Shown: positions 16,232-24,427 of the stretch, in pieces | Layout of the letters: every line of letters begins with the position of its first letter | Position numbering within the stretch: the stretch's first letter is position 1 | Origin: a virus | Virus record (IMG/VR): IMGVR_UViG_3300035181_001055 | Span: 1 to 64,000 of that record | Length of the DNA stretch: 64,000 nt | Direction: 5' to 3' (one strand) | The notes under the pieces: generated by a model | The model's database searches: none | Told to the model about the DNA's origin: nothing | What the model saw: only the letters and a program-made list of their open reading frames with translations | Made by a program: the position numbers and the translations under genes

Positions 16232-16804
16232 ATGAACCCGAAAACGTTCCGCATCATGATTTATCAGCCCTATGGCCCCGAGACGTGGAGTCTGGTGTCC
16301 AAGAACATGTATTCCTTCAACATCCATGCGTCTGATCTTGATGAGGCGACGAACTGGGTTGCACGTATATTCCCTGGCATCGATGTTCATCAAAAGTCTG
16401 ATAGGAACTACAAGGTAGGATGCGCAGATCCCGTTCACATCATCGATTGCGATGCGATCAAGAAGTATGGGTTTGTGGATGGGAAGCGCGTTCCCATCAA
16501 AACTCCTGAAGGCTACTATCGTCGCACGCCTAAGGAAATCGCGAGGGGTCTGTTCAGGATAATCAGCACGATCAACAAGGACTATACCGAATGCTTGCGC
16601 ATCGCCGATTACTCTTCGCGGATGTATGAGAAGTTCAAGCTCGACCATTACCGTGACCGTGCCGCTGTCGCCAAGAAAGCAGCCCAGCTCGCCTCGCCTT
16701 GGATTGCTAACTTGATGACGGAGTACATAACAATTCAACGAAACATCGCGTCGAGCATCGAAGTCATTGAAAGTGCACACGAACATGAACGCGATCGTAT
16801 TTGA
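16232..16804 (+). CDS. Hypothetical protein
   Basis: 190-aa ORF. Confidence 0.7.
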   Translation: MNPKTFRIMIYQPYGPETWSLVSKNMYSFNIHASDLDEATNWVARIFPGIDVHQKSDRNYKVGCADPVHIIDCDAIKKYGFVDGKRVPIKTPEGYYRRTPKEIARGLFRIISTINKDYTECLRIADYSSRMYEKFKLDHYRDRAAVAKKAAQLASPWIANLMTEYITIQRNIASSIEVIESAHEHERDRI

Positions 16805-16970
16805 TGCTGAGTTGAGTCTGCCGAAAGTCGAGCCGAAAGTCTTGTCTCGTCTAATGAGAGAGGCGAAATTTGACGATGTCGCTGCTGTGCCTATTTCACA
16901 TTCGCTCTTCGAAGTGTTTCGTCGGCTGCACCCTGAATCATACAACGCTGGCCTAGCCACAAACATATGA
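16785..16970 (+). CDS. Hypothetical protein
   Basis: ATG at 16785 overlaps the end of the previous gene. Confidence 0.5.
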   Translation: MNAIVFDAELSLPKVEPKVLSRLMREAKFDDVAAVPISHSLFEVFRRLHPESYNAGLATNI

Positions 16971-17060
16971 TTATGTTCGACACATCTGTTCAAGAGCTAG
17001 AGCATAGCGTCGGTGTCGAAGGTCTGGTGAATCAGCTCAGAGAATGACACGTCATCGAAA

Positions 17061-17111
17061 GACCCTATGATGCGTAGGGGTGCTTGACAGCTCATCAAAT
17101 CCTGCTATAAT
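17061..17111 (+). promoter_or_regulatory. Palindrome-promoter cassette 5
   Basis: GACCCTAT-GATGC-GTAGGGGT, TTGACA 17084, TATAAT 17106. Confidence 0.85.
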
Positions 17112-17133
17112 AACCCCATCAGTAACATGAACA

Positions 17134-17319
17134 TTGGAAGTCAATATCATAGAACTCGATTACAAGACTGTAGAAGACGCCGCTCGCTACCAATTCCTGC
17201 GCGATGGCAATATCAGTCGACTCGAATTCGTGGCTGACGAATATGGAGTCCTCGACTTCTATTCAGGAGATGCGCTCGACCAGGAAGTTGACAATCTCAT
17301 TCTCTCGGCTGCTCGATGA
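17134..17319 (+). CDS. Small phage protein with DAARYQFLRD motif; the expected start codon reads ATA (17149)
   Basis: ATCATAG where sister cassettes have ATCATG; ATA is in frame. Confidence 0.5.
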   Translation: MEVNIIELDYKTVEDAARYQFLRDGNISRLEFVADEYGVLDFYSGDALDQEVDNLILSAAR

Positions 17320-17508
17320 GGCCGAATGCACCAATTGCATTGATTGCATCGATTGTATCAATTGTGATAACTGTGCCAATTGCATTCAATGCTCATACTG
17401 TGCCGATTGTACAAATTGCGTTAACTGTACTAGCACATTCTCATGCGCTAACTGTACTGTACAAACTGCACCAATAGCACGCTATGTGTTAGTAGCTTAA
17501 CTGTCTAA
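17300..17508 (+). pseudogene. Remnant of a second (Cxx)n repeat gene
   Basis: RLLDEAEC resembles KALDDAGC of 15631; Cys periodicity switches frame at about 17456. Confidence 0.6.
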
Positions 17509-17528
17509 CCTTGAATCAGCCCAACATC

Positions 17529-18137
17529 ATGAAAGCATACACTCAAGATGAATTTGACGCATTGCCAATTGTGGATGAAATTCGTCAATGCCCTTCCGGT
17601 GACTATTCAGCAATCCGCGAGTTCAAAGGACAATGTTCTTTCGCGGCTAGGAGCTGCTTTGGCGCAGGAAGTAAATTCGATAACAGGTGCGAATTCGGAA
17701 ATTTTTGTGATTTCGAAAAGGGATGCATATTCGGATATCGTTGCATCTTTGGTGTATGGTGTGACTTCAAAGAACAATGTGTCTTTGATGAGCATTGTTA
17801 CTTCGGAACGAATTGTATGTTTGGCAAAGAATGCAGCTTTGGACCGCGATGTGATTTTGGTTGGTGCATTTTTCATGAAGGGTGCATTTTCAGCGGTCAT
17901 CGTGCAAAGCAAGGGTATCCAATTTTGACTTTGAAAGGCGCAGGATATGCTAACGGAACCATGAATGCTTTTAACACCGAAGGTGGTCCCTGGATAGAAG
18001 CTGAACTTTTCATGGGCGATCTTAAAGCATTTCGTGATTTTGCTAACAGAGAACACAATGAAATAAACTGCACTCAGTACTTGGCATTCGCCGATATAGT
18101 GGCGGCTGCATGGTGCTCTGAAAAGGATGAGGTCTAA
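17529..18137 (+). CDS. CxFGxx hexapeptide-repeat protein (paralogue 2)
   Basis: MKAYTQDEFDAL...RQCPSGDY head, about 15 repeats, C-terminal domain (AFNTEGGP). Confidence 0.85.
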   Translation: MKAYTQDEFDALPIVDEIRQCPSGDYSAIREFKGQCSFAARSCFGAGSKFDNRCEFGNFCDFEKGCIFGYRCIFGVWCDFKEQCVFDEHCYFGTNCMFGKECSFGPRCDFGWCIFHEGCIFSGHRAKQGYPILTLKGAGYANGTMNAFNTEGGPWIEAELFMGDLKAFRDFANREHNEINCTQYLAFADIVAAAWCSEKDEV

Positions 18138-18141
18138 TACC

Positions 18142-18516
18142 ATGAGTAATCTTGCGAAAAATCTTTCTGTATCCGAAACTGGACGGTGCTTTACTGATGT
18201 GCCGCCTCTGTCAACTATGACAGTTGAGGATTCTATTTCGAATGTGTCAAGTAGCACTGCTTACGAGTATCGAATAGAGGCGCGTTTCGGAACTTCGACC
18301 ATGGTGAATAAGACGTTCGCCGAACAGTCGAGCACACACGCAAACGTCTTTACGGATGCCATACGATCGGCGCGTCGAAAGATTGTCGAAGATGTTTTTG
18401 GCGAGTTTCGTCCTCTGATCTATCAGATCAACGAAGCGATTCACACACGCGATTGGGTTGAGGCCAGCAATCTCACTAGGAAGCTGTACCAGCAGATGTT
18501 CGAGGAAGGTCTGTGA
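18142..18516 (+). CDS. Hypothetical protein
   Basis: ORF with GAGG RBS. Confidence 0.7.
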   Translation: MSNLAKNLSVSETGRCFTDVPPLSTMTVEDSISNVSSSTAYEYRIEARFGTSTMVNKTFAEQSSTHANVFTDAIRSARRKIVEDVFGEFRPLIYQINEAIHTRDWVEASNLTRKLYQQMFEEGL

Positions 18517-18536
18517 AGGAAGTGCAGTGCTGCAGA

Positions 18537-18589
18537 GACCCTATGTTGTGTGTGGGGGTGCTTGACATCTTGCCAGAACCTGCTATAAT
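18537..18589 (+). promoter_or_regulatory. Palindrome-promoter cassette 6 (degenerate arms)
   Basis: GACCCTAT...GGGGGT, TTGACA 18562, TATAAT 18584, AAGCAACGGAA leader. Confidence 0.8.
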
Positions 18590-18627
18590 ATACCCAATAA
18601 GCAACGGAACATTGGAAAGGTAGTATC

Positions 18628-19437
18628 ATGCACGTTTTCACTCAAGCAGAGTTCAACTCACTCCCCATCGTCAACGGATATCGTCAGTGTCCGTCTGGCG
18701 ATTATTCTGAAATCGTCACATTCGATAGAAGAAACGTATTCGCTGATGGATGCGTTTTCGCCGAACAATCTGTGTTCGGCGAATATTGCGAGTTTGGGAA
18801 GAACTGCATCTTCTCTGTTTGCTGCGAGTTCGGCTCTGGCTGCATTTTCCGCGCAAATTCCAAGTTCGGCAATTGGTGCGTATTCGCCGACGGATGTGTC
18901 TTTGACCACGACTGCGTGTTTGGCGGCGAGTGCTCGTTTAGTGAATTTTCAAAGTTCGGCGAAGCGTGCGTATTCGGATCGAAGTGCGTATCCGGCAGAG
19001 AGTGCATCTTCGGCGAGCAATGCCGATTCAGCACATCGAATCAATTTGGTGACTTGTGCGAATTTGCGGACGAATGCGTTTTTGGTCAATGGTGTCGATT
19101 CAGCGCATTGTGCAGCTTCGGGCATCAGTGCCAATTTGACAATCATTGCAAGTTCGGGATTGATTCTACTTTCGGTCAGAAATGCGTCTTCAATGGTCGC
19201 GTTGCACGTTCTAGTAACCCTGTAATGGTCTTGTCTTGCATAGGCAGCAACGGCTTAACAATCTATGCATTTGATGTTGAGGGCGGTCCGATCTTCGAGT
19301 TCAACGATTTCACTGGAAACTCAAACGAGTTCCTCGAGGAAGTCACCAAGTGCAGCGATCCTCTAAATCTAGCACAGTGCTTCGGTTTTGTTAGTCTTGT
19401 TGCATCCGTTTGGTTCTCTGAAACAACTCAAAATTGA
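18628..19437 (+). CDS. CxFGxx hexapeptide-repeat protein (paralogue 3)
   Basis: MHVFTQAEFNSL...RQCPSGDY head, about 26 repeats, C-terminal domain (AFDVEGGP). Confidence 0.85.
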   Translation: MHVFTQAEFNSLPIVNGYRQCPSGDYSEIVTFDRRNVFADGCVFAEQSVFGEYCEFGKNCIFSVCCEFGSGCIFRANSKFGNWCVFADGCVFDHDCVFGGECSFSEFSKFGEACVFGSKCVSGRECIFGEQCRFSTSNQFGDLCEFADECVFGQWCRFSALCSFGHQCQFDNHCKFGIDSTFGQKCVFNGRVARSSNPVMVLSCIGSNGLTIYAFDVEGGPIFEFNDFTGNSNEFLEEVTKCSDPLNLAQCFGFVSLVASVWFSETTQN

Positions 19438-19472
19438 AGCTTCTCAATCTCGTTTCAATAAATGAAAAAATC

Positions 19473-19697
19473 ATGAACAATGCAGTCAAATTCAAATGGG
19501 ATGGAACTGTCGAGGACGAATCGGGTCTTGCCACTTACGAAATCGGGACTTCGTCTTACTCGATTCGTTTCCCTGCCTTCCGTTCTGCTAGTCTCGCATA
19601 TATGGCTCTTTCCGATGTGTACCAACAAGGGTACGAGGAAGGCATTCGCAAAGCGAAATCTGAGGTGCAAGCAGCCCTCTCAAAAATTTCAGCTTGA
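19473..19697 (+). CDS. Hypothetical protein
   Basis: ATCATG start context. Confidence 0.6.
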   Translation: MNNAVKFKWDGTVEDESGLATYEIGTSSYSIRFPAFRSASLAYMALSDVYQQGYEEGIRKAKSEVQAALSKISA

Positions 19698-19711
19698 ACT
19701 TAGGCTAGGAT

Positions 19712-19924
19712 ATGATGAATAACGATGAAGAGCTGAAGAATTCGCTGATCAGAAAAAAGCTATATGCTATCATCAATATCTTACTTTTATTGGATGAGTA
19801 TCAGCTCCAATACACCGTCATCGACTTTCTTCTAAAGCGCGCAGCAGACTTGATCGAGCAACTCCCTTCATACGAACAACAATTCTACATCAACACGCTA
19901 CGCAAGCAAACTGGCAACATCTGA
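19712..19924 (+). CDS. Small helical protein family member A
   Basis: AADLIEQLP...QQFYINTLRKQ motif shared with 20031 and 20505. Confidence 0.75.
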   Translation: MMNNDEELKNSLIRKKLYAIINILLLLDEYQLQYTVIDFLLKRAADLIEQLPSYEQQFYINTLRKQTGNI

Positions 19925-19948
19925 CGCGAGGTCGTCGGCGCGTCGAAA

Positions 19949-20000
19949 GACCCTACTAGCAGTAGGGTCGGTTGACATCAGCGTCATCTGGCTCTATAAT
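19949..20000 (+). promoter_or_regulatory. Palindrome-promoter cassette 7
   Basis: GACCCTAC-TAGCA-GTAGGGTC, TTGACA 19972, TATAAT 19995. Confidence 0.92.
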
Positions 20001-20030
20001 AAACCCATCAGCAACGAAAACAGGAGTTAC

Positions 20031-20237
20031 ATGATGAGCAACGTGGAAAAGATGTCGTACTCGCAAGTCCGTGAGGAGCTCACCAAACTGATTGACGGAT
20101 CGGTTGACAAGAACCAGTCCTATATCCCAGCAACCCTCTTCCTCCGAGGGCTCGCCGCTGAGCTGATTGCTCACCTTCCAGCAGACCAGCAACAAGTCTA
20201 CATCAACGCAATCCGCAGTCAAGTCGACTACATCTGA
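20031..20237 (+). CDS. Small helical protein family member B
   Basis: LAAELIAHLP..QQQVYINAIRSQ; CAGGAG RBS. Confidence 0.8.
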   Translation: MMSNVEKMSYSQVREELTKLIDGSVDKNQSYIPATLFLRGLAAELIAHLPADQQQVYINAIRSQVDYI

Positions 20238-20247
20238 CGCACTGAAA

Positions 20248-20298
20248 GACCCTACTGCTAGTAGGGTCGGTTGACAGCTTGACTGACCCTGCTATAAT
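20248..20298 (+). promoter_or_regulatory. Palindrome-promoter cassette 8
   Basis: GACCCTAC-TGCTA-GTAGGGTC, TTGACA 20271, TATAAT 20293. Confidence 0.92.
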
Positions 20299-20329
20299 AT
20301 AGTCAACAGCAACGGAAGAAAGTAACATC

Positions 20330-20491
20330 ATGCAAGGCATGGTTCGGATAATTGTCGGGCTGCTGATCGTCATGGGCGCCGTCGGCACCATCGATGCCGA
20401 CCCTTCTGCGCCTTTGGCTGCGACCGTCTTGGTTTCCGTCATAGGGTTTGCAATCGCAGCCTGGGGCGTTTCTGCAATGAAATCTAAATGA
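20330..20491 (+). CDS. 53-aa two-helix membrane protein (absent from the ORF track)
   Basis: MQGMVRIIVGLLIVMGAVGTIDADPSAPLAATVLVSVIGFAIAAWGVSAMKSK after cassette 8. Confidence 0.75.
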   Translation: MQGMVRIIVGLLIVMGAVGTIDADPSAPLAATVLVSVIGFAIAAWGVSAMKSK

Positions 20492-20504
20492 CTGGAGTTA
20501 TATT

Positions 20505-20696
20505 ATGAGCAACGCGTATGAGAAAGCTCGCAACGAGCTGGTTAAGCTGGTCAACACTTCGTTTGAGAACAATAAGTCTTTTTCTCGAGTCGCAGGCTAC
20601 CTCGAAATGCTTGCTGCGGATCTGATTGCAGACCTTCCTGCTGAAAAGCGTCAGCGCTATATCGATAAGATTCGCAGCCAAATCGGCAAGGTCTAA
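20505..20696 (+). CDS. Small helical protein family member C
   Basis: LAADLIADLP..KRQRYIDKIRSQ; GGAG RBS. Confidence 0.8.
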   Translation: MSNAYEKARNELVKLVNTSFENNKSFSRVAGYLEMLAADLIADLPAEKRQRYIDKIRSQIGKV

Positions 20697-20708
20697 TACA
20701 GGTCAAGT

Positions 20709-20760
20709 AACCTTAGAAGTTGCATGGTCACTTGACCCCCTCAGAAATCTGCTATAGAAT
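20709..20760 (+). promoter_or_regulatory. Degenerate cassette 9
   Basis: AACCTTAG-N5-GCATGGTC, TTGACC 20732, TAGAAT 20755. Confidence 0.55.
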
Positions 20761-20793
20761 ACCCGCTAGCATTGAAACCATTGAGGCATCATT

Positions 20794-20898
20794 ATGCCTT
20801 AAACTATCAAGCTCGCAGCCAACGAACGCATCATTACCATCGTCTTTGAAGAGCGATTTTGCTCTTCTTTTTCAACCACAACGGAGAACACATCATGA
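20794..20898 (+). pseudogene. ORF with TAA at codon 3
   Basis: GAGG RBS, ATG CCT TAA, then in-frame TIKLAANERIITIVFEE to TGA at 20896. Confidence 0.4.
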
Positions 20899-21194
20899 AA
20901 CTTTTCGCAATCCGAAACACTAGCCGAGGTCAGTACGTTTCCGCAATCTATCGGGAAAATGTTAACCACACTCCTCTTTTCCAATATGCTCGCTTGTACT
21001 TTCGCCGAGCCGACGCTTCTCGTCTAGCAAACATTCTGAATGCTAAAGAGGGCAAAGACATTTTCAATATCGTCGAAATCGAAATCACTGAGAAATCTCC
21101 TGGCAAGCGTAAACCAAGCGAAACAGCAAACGAGCTTTCAAGCGCTCGAGCAAGCGCCAATAATCATAAGTCTCAACTCCCACCTCAATCATGA
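20895..21194 (+). CDS. Hypothetical protein
   Basis: GGAG RBS, CATCATG start. Confidence 0.6.
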   Translation: MKLFAIRNTSRGQYVSAIYRENVNHTPLFQYARLYFRRADASRLANILNAKEGKDIFNIVEIEITEKSPGKRKPSETANELSSARASANNHKSQLPPQS

Positions 21195-21368
21195 TGAATG
21201 ACAAAAATTCGAAGCCCTCCTTCCTAATGTAACTTGTAAGAACAACGAAGAGTGCAGCATCGAATGGGTCGAGATTTTCGATACGTATGATGCTGCTCGT
21301 GACCTCGCCGAGAAGCTTAACAACATCATCTATGACGAAAGCGTAGTAATCTGAAAGAGAGACGACCA

Positions 21369-21650
21369 ATGACCAAGCACGAATTCTTATCGATTGTTGA
21401 CAAGCTCGATCGTTATGATTACACAAAGGCAAGTGTAATCTCGATCAAATCTGTCGATGGCGAGATTGTTCTCGCGTCAGAAGATCAAGGCGAGCAATTT
21501 AAGGTCTGCCTGATCAAAGTCGATGGCAGCGGATTCGAACACATCTACACCACGGCTTCTTATGAAGAGGCTCGCCAATTAGTGGATGATCTTAACGACT
21601 GGCTCAGCGAAGAAGATTGGGATCTGACTAAAGAGACTTTTGAGCTCTAA
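21369..21650 (+). CDS. Hypothetical protein (paralogue of 22065)
   Basis: Shared F.V.L.K......E...T...Y.EA.QL.D.L.DWL C-terminal motif. Confidence 0.7.
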   Translation: MTKHEFLSIVDKLDRYDYTKASVISIKSVDGEIVLASEDQGEQFKVCLIKVDGSGFEHIYTTASYEEARQLVDDLNDWLSEEDWDLTKETFEL

Positions 21651-21661
21651 CGGAAAGTTGT

Positions 21662-22030
21662 ATGCCAATCGTCACTCATTTTGCTGAAAGCGAAATACTA
21701 GCATGCACCAAATCAGAGAATCCTGTTATCTCTGAATTGCTCGACGAGGTAAATTCTAAATCGACTGTAAGATGGCTGATTAAAGATTACCTTGTTGCTA
21801 GAAAAAAGAGCAATGGAATTTTCTTCAGACGAAAAAACAAAGAAGTAGCAATGTACCATGAATTGTATGTTGCTACTATCGAGCCCGAATTCCAAGTCAT
21901 CAATTTCTACCAAGAGGGCTCGGAAAGCACTATCAATACAATTGTTCCGTCTGATGTTGTTGTGTCGTACTTGATGGGATTCCTGGCTTCTTTCAATAAA
22001 CGACTGACGAAACAATCGGATTGTTTCTGA
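21662..22030 (+). CDS. Hypothetical protein
   Basis: ORF in co-oriented array. Confidence 0.65.
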   Translation: MPIVTHFAESEILACTKSENPVISELLDEVNSKSTVRWLIKDYLVARKKSNGIFFRRKNKEVAMYHELYVATIEPEFQVINFYQEGSESTINTIVPSDVVVSYLMGFLASFNKRLTKQSDCF

Positions 22031-22064
22031 AAGGCGCAACTCTTTCTCATGAAAGGAGTTAATT

Positions 22065-22358
22065 GTGGAAAACAACAAATTCTTGGCAAAGATTAACGAA
22101 TTCAATCCAAGCGATTACTTCAGAGCTGGGATTGTTCCGCTCTATTACGATTCCGAGAGCGGACTATTTGAGATATCCAAAACGCCAGACGACGGCGATA
22201 TTTTCTTGGTATATCTGGTCAAAAAACATGACGAAGGCGTTGAGTGCGTCGACACCGTGAAAACTTACAAAGAAGCGAAGCAGCTTTTTGACAATCTCAG
22301 GGATTGGCTAATTGAAAATGAGTTTGAAATCTTAATTGATGACGATGAGTGGCGCTGA
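22065..22358 (+). CDS. Hypothetical protein (paralogue of 21369)
   Basis: AAGGAG RBS, GTG start, shared motif. Confidence 0.7.
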   Translation: MENNKFLAKINEFNPSDYFRAGIVPLYYDSESGLFEISKTPDDGDIFLVYLVKKHDEGVECVDTVKTYKEAKQLFDNLRDWLIENEFEILIDDDEWR

Positions 22359-22365
22359 CGAGAAT

Positions 22366-22674
22366 ATGATGAAAATTGATGGCAAAATTGATGACATTGA
22401 CGCGTTTGCTGAAAGTCTTGGAAAAGACCCGTGCATACGTCTGTATATCTTCAAGCACAGAAAAGCCGATTCGGCTCTGTGGTACAAAACCACTGTTGGA
22501 GCATCTTCAGACAGCTATAAAGAGTGCATAATGGTCCTTCCTTATCTAAACGAAGAATGGACTGAAGACAAAATTGCATTTGACACACTCGACAAAGCAA
22601 TTGAGTTTTGCAATTACTTGTCTATAACACTCGAAAGAGACGAGTTTGATAATGCGCGAGAAATGACAGCATAG
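22366..22674 (+). CDS. Hypothetical protein
   Basis: ORF in co-oriented array. Confidence 0.6.
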   Translation: MMKIDGKIDDIDAFAESLGKDPCIRLYIFKHRKADSALWYKTTVGASSDSYKECIMVLPYLNEEWTEDKIAFDTLDKAIEFCNYLSITLERDEFDNAREMTA

Positions 22675-22710
22675 ATATCCGATGAGAATGATTGCGCGAA
22701 AGGAGAGACG

Positions 22711-23019
22711 ATGAATAAGTTAGACACTGTTGTTCAGCAGTTCTTTGTTCTGGCAGAAGAAGCAGCTCGTAATGGCGGGTTTCGTGTTTCTGCCGACGGG
22801 ACGACTGTCAATCAGATTGCTGGCGAGATCAGCAACCAAACTCGTCTCCCTTTCGGCGAAGTCTCGAAGAAACTCGATGAAGTTGGCAAGAAGGTAACCA
22901 AGTCCAAGGATTGGCACAAGTGGCTGCGAGAAATTCAGCCTAAGGATGTTCGCAAGAATGCTCGATTCAGAGCTCGTGATATTGCTCGCGCTGCTTGCAT
23001 CGTTTCAATGAAGGGATAA
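22711..23019 (+). CDS. Hypothetical protein
   Basis: AAGGAG RBS. Confidence 0.75.
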   Translation: MNKLDTVVQQFFVLAEEAARNGGFRVSADGTTVNQIAGEISNQTRLPFGEVSKKLDEVGKKVTKSKDWHKWLREIQPKDVRKNARFRARDIARAACIVSMKG

Positions 23020-23047
23020 TGACAAGCTAGACTTGCTCGCCGTTAGA

Positions 23048-23098
23048 AACCCTGCTCGATGCAGGGTTATTGACATCGGCAGCATAGCCTGCTATAAT
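23048..23098 (+). promoter_or_regulatory. Palindrome-promoter cassette 10
   Basis: AACCCTGC-TCGAT-GCAGGGTT, TTGACA 23070, TATAAT 23093. Confidence 0.9.
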
Positions 23099-23131
23099 AT
23101 TCCTGACAGCAACGGAAACAAGGAGCACATC

Positions 23132-23242
23132 ATGGTTGGTTCCTTGGTTATCGACGAACGCGTTTTCAAGAGCGAAGCTCGATCCATCAGTTTCGCGTCC
23201 GAGATGCAATATCGCGGATTCAAATTTTGCATCGTTGATTGA
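23132..23242 (+). CDS. 36-aa early protein
   Basis: AAGGAG RBS and CATCATG start after cassette 10. Confidence 0.6.
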   Translation: MVGSLVIDERVFKSEARSISFASEMQYRGFKFCIVD

Positions 23243-23286
23243 GTTGAACTTGTAAGCACTAAATGGACTGCTGAGGTAATTATTAT

Positions 23287-23457
23287 ATGCTAGCTCCTGT
23301 CTTTATCGCTCGCAAAGGTTATGTGGTGCTTTGGTCATGGGGCAACTATCGCTATACCATCGACGTTGGGAATCAAGAAACCATGTTGATGGAAAATGTT
23401 GACTTCGAAGATGCATTGAAAATGCTAGAAGAAGTGGCATCTAAGCAAATCCACTGA
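23287..23457 (+). CDS. 56-aa hypothetical protein (absent from the ORF track)
   Basis: GAGG RBS; MLAPVFIARKGYVVLWSWGNYRYTIDVGNQETMLMENVDFEDALKMLEEVASKQIH. Confidence 0.65.
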   Translation: MLAPVFIARKGYVVLWSWGNYRYTIDVGNQETMLMENVDFEDALKMLEEVASKQIH

Positions 23458-23479
23458 GACGAACTCGAAAGGGAATGAG

Positions 23480-23971
23480 ATGAAGCGACGCACGAATGCT
23501 ACTTCTGGATGGGTTAACTTCCCTGTAAATGATCCTGCGTGGACCAGCACTAATGAAGGCGGCATGGTCGTGAAGCTCGTTGTTTTCGGCGACGAAGAGT
23601 TTTACGACAAGTTCGTCATGTGCTGCGGCGCACAGGTTTACGACATTAGCAATGAAGTTCTTGTCGGCGACGATAAACCTTCGAATGCTAAGAATTCTTG
23701 CTCTTATGACGAAGACGATGCATGGATTTCAAATCACTTTCCTCATATATTCGACGGGTTTATTGAAAGCTCGAGCATCGAGAAATACACTTCTCGTGAT
23801 TACTTAGCTGCGATCGTCTTCGGCACTACTGGATGGTCTGGCGCTAAAGATGGCGAGTACTGGAAGTGCACATTCAACGATTTGACTGAGCAAGGCAAAG
23901 TGCTTTACAAGCAGATTGAAGCGCTCTATCCAGGCGCCGAAATCCATCTCTTAACGTACTTGGATACTTAA
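23480..23971 (+). CDS. Hypothetical protein
   Basis: 163-aa ORF. Confidence 0.7.
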   Translation: MKRRTNATSGWVNFPVNDPAWTSTNEGGMVVKLVVFGDEEFYDKFVMCCGAQVYDISNEVLVGDDKPSNAKNSCSYDEDDAWISNHFPHIFDGFIESSSIEKYTSRDYLAAIVFGTTGWSGAKDGEYWKCTFNDLTEQGKVLYKQIEALYPGAEIHLLTYLDT

Positions 23972-23998
23972 GATTCGTTCATTTTGAAAGGAGAGATT

Positions 23999-24349
23999 AT
24001 GAAGACATTTCAAAGCGGAAATGAAACAATCACAATCCCTGACATTTCGGTAATCAAAATCGATAACCCGATCGTATTTCGAATCGAAGAGGGCGAATGG
24101 TCTGGAGTGATGTTCACAATCTCCGACATGCATTTCGATGATGAAAAAGAAAGTTTGCTTCATTACTTTTTCAATATTGTCGATGGCGATCAGCCATCTA
24201 CCGTGACACCCGATGATATCGAGAAAATCGTTGGCAATTTCATTCTGTCAATTATCAACGACCAGGTTATGAAAAAATGCTCCTCCGCCTATGATTGGAA
24301 AATCATTTGCAAAGATGACGAAAACCAAGAAAAGCGCGAAAAGGAATGA
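23999..24349 (+). CDS. Hypothetical protein
   Basis: AAGGAG RBS. Confidence 0.7.
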   Translation: MKTFQSGNETITIPDISVIKIDNPIVFRIEEGEWSGVMFTISDMHFDDEKESLLHYFFNIVDGDQPSTVTPDDIEKIVGNFILSIINDQVMKKCSSAYDWKIICKDDENQEKREKE

Positions 24350-24427
24350 AGATGAAATGATCAAGACGCAAACACAGATGGATCTGATCGTTTGTGCAAT
24401 CGAACTCATTCGTTGAGGAGAGTTAGA

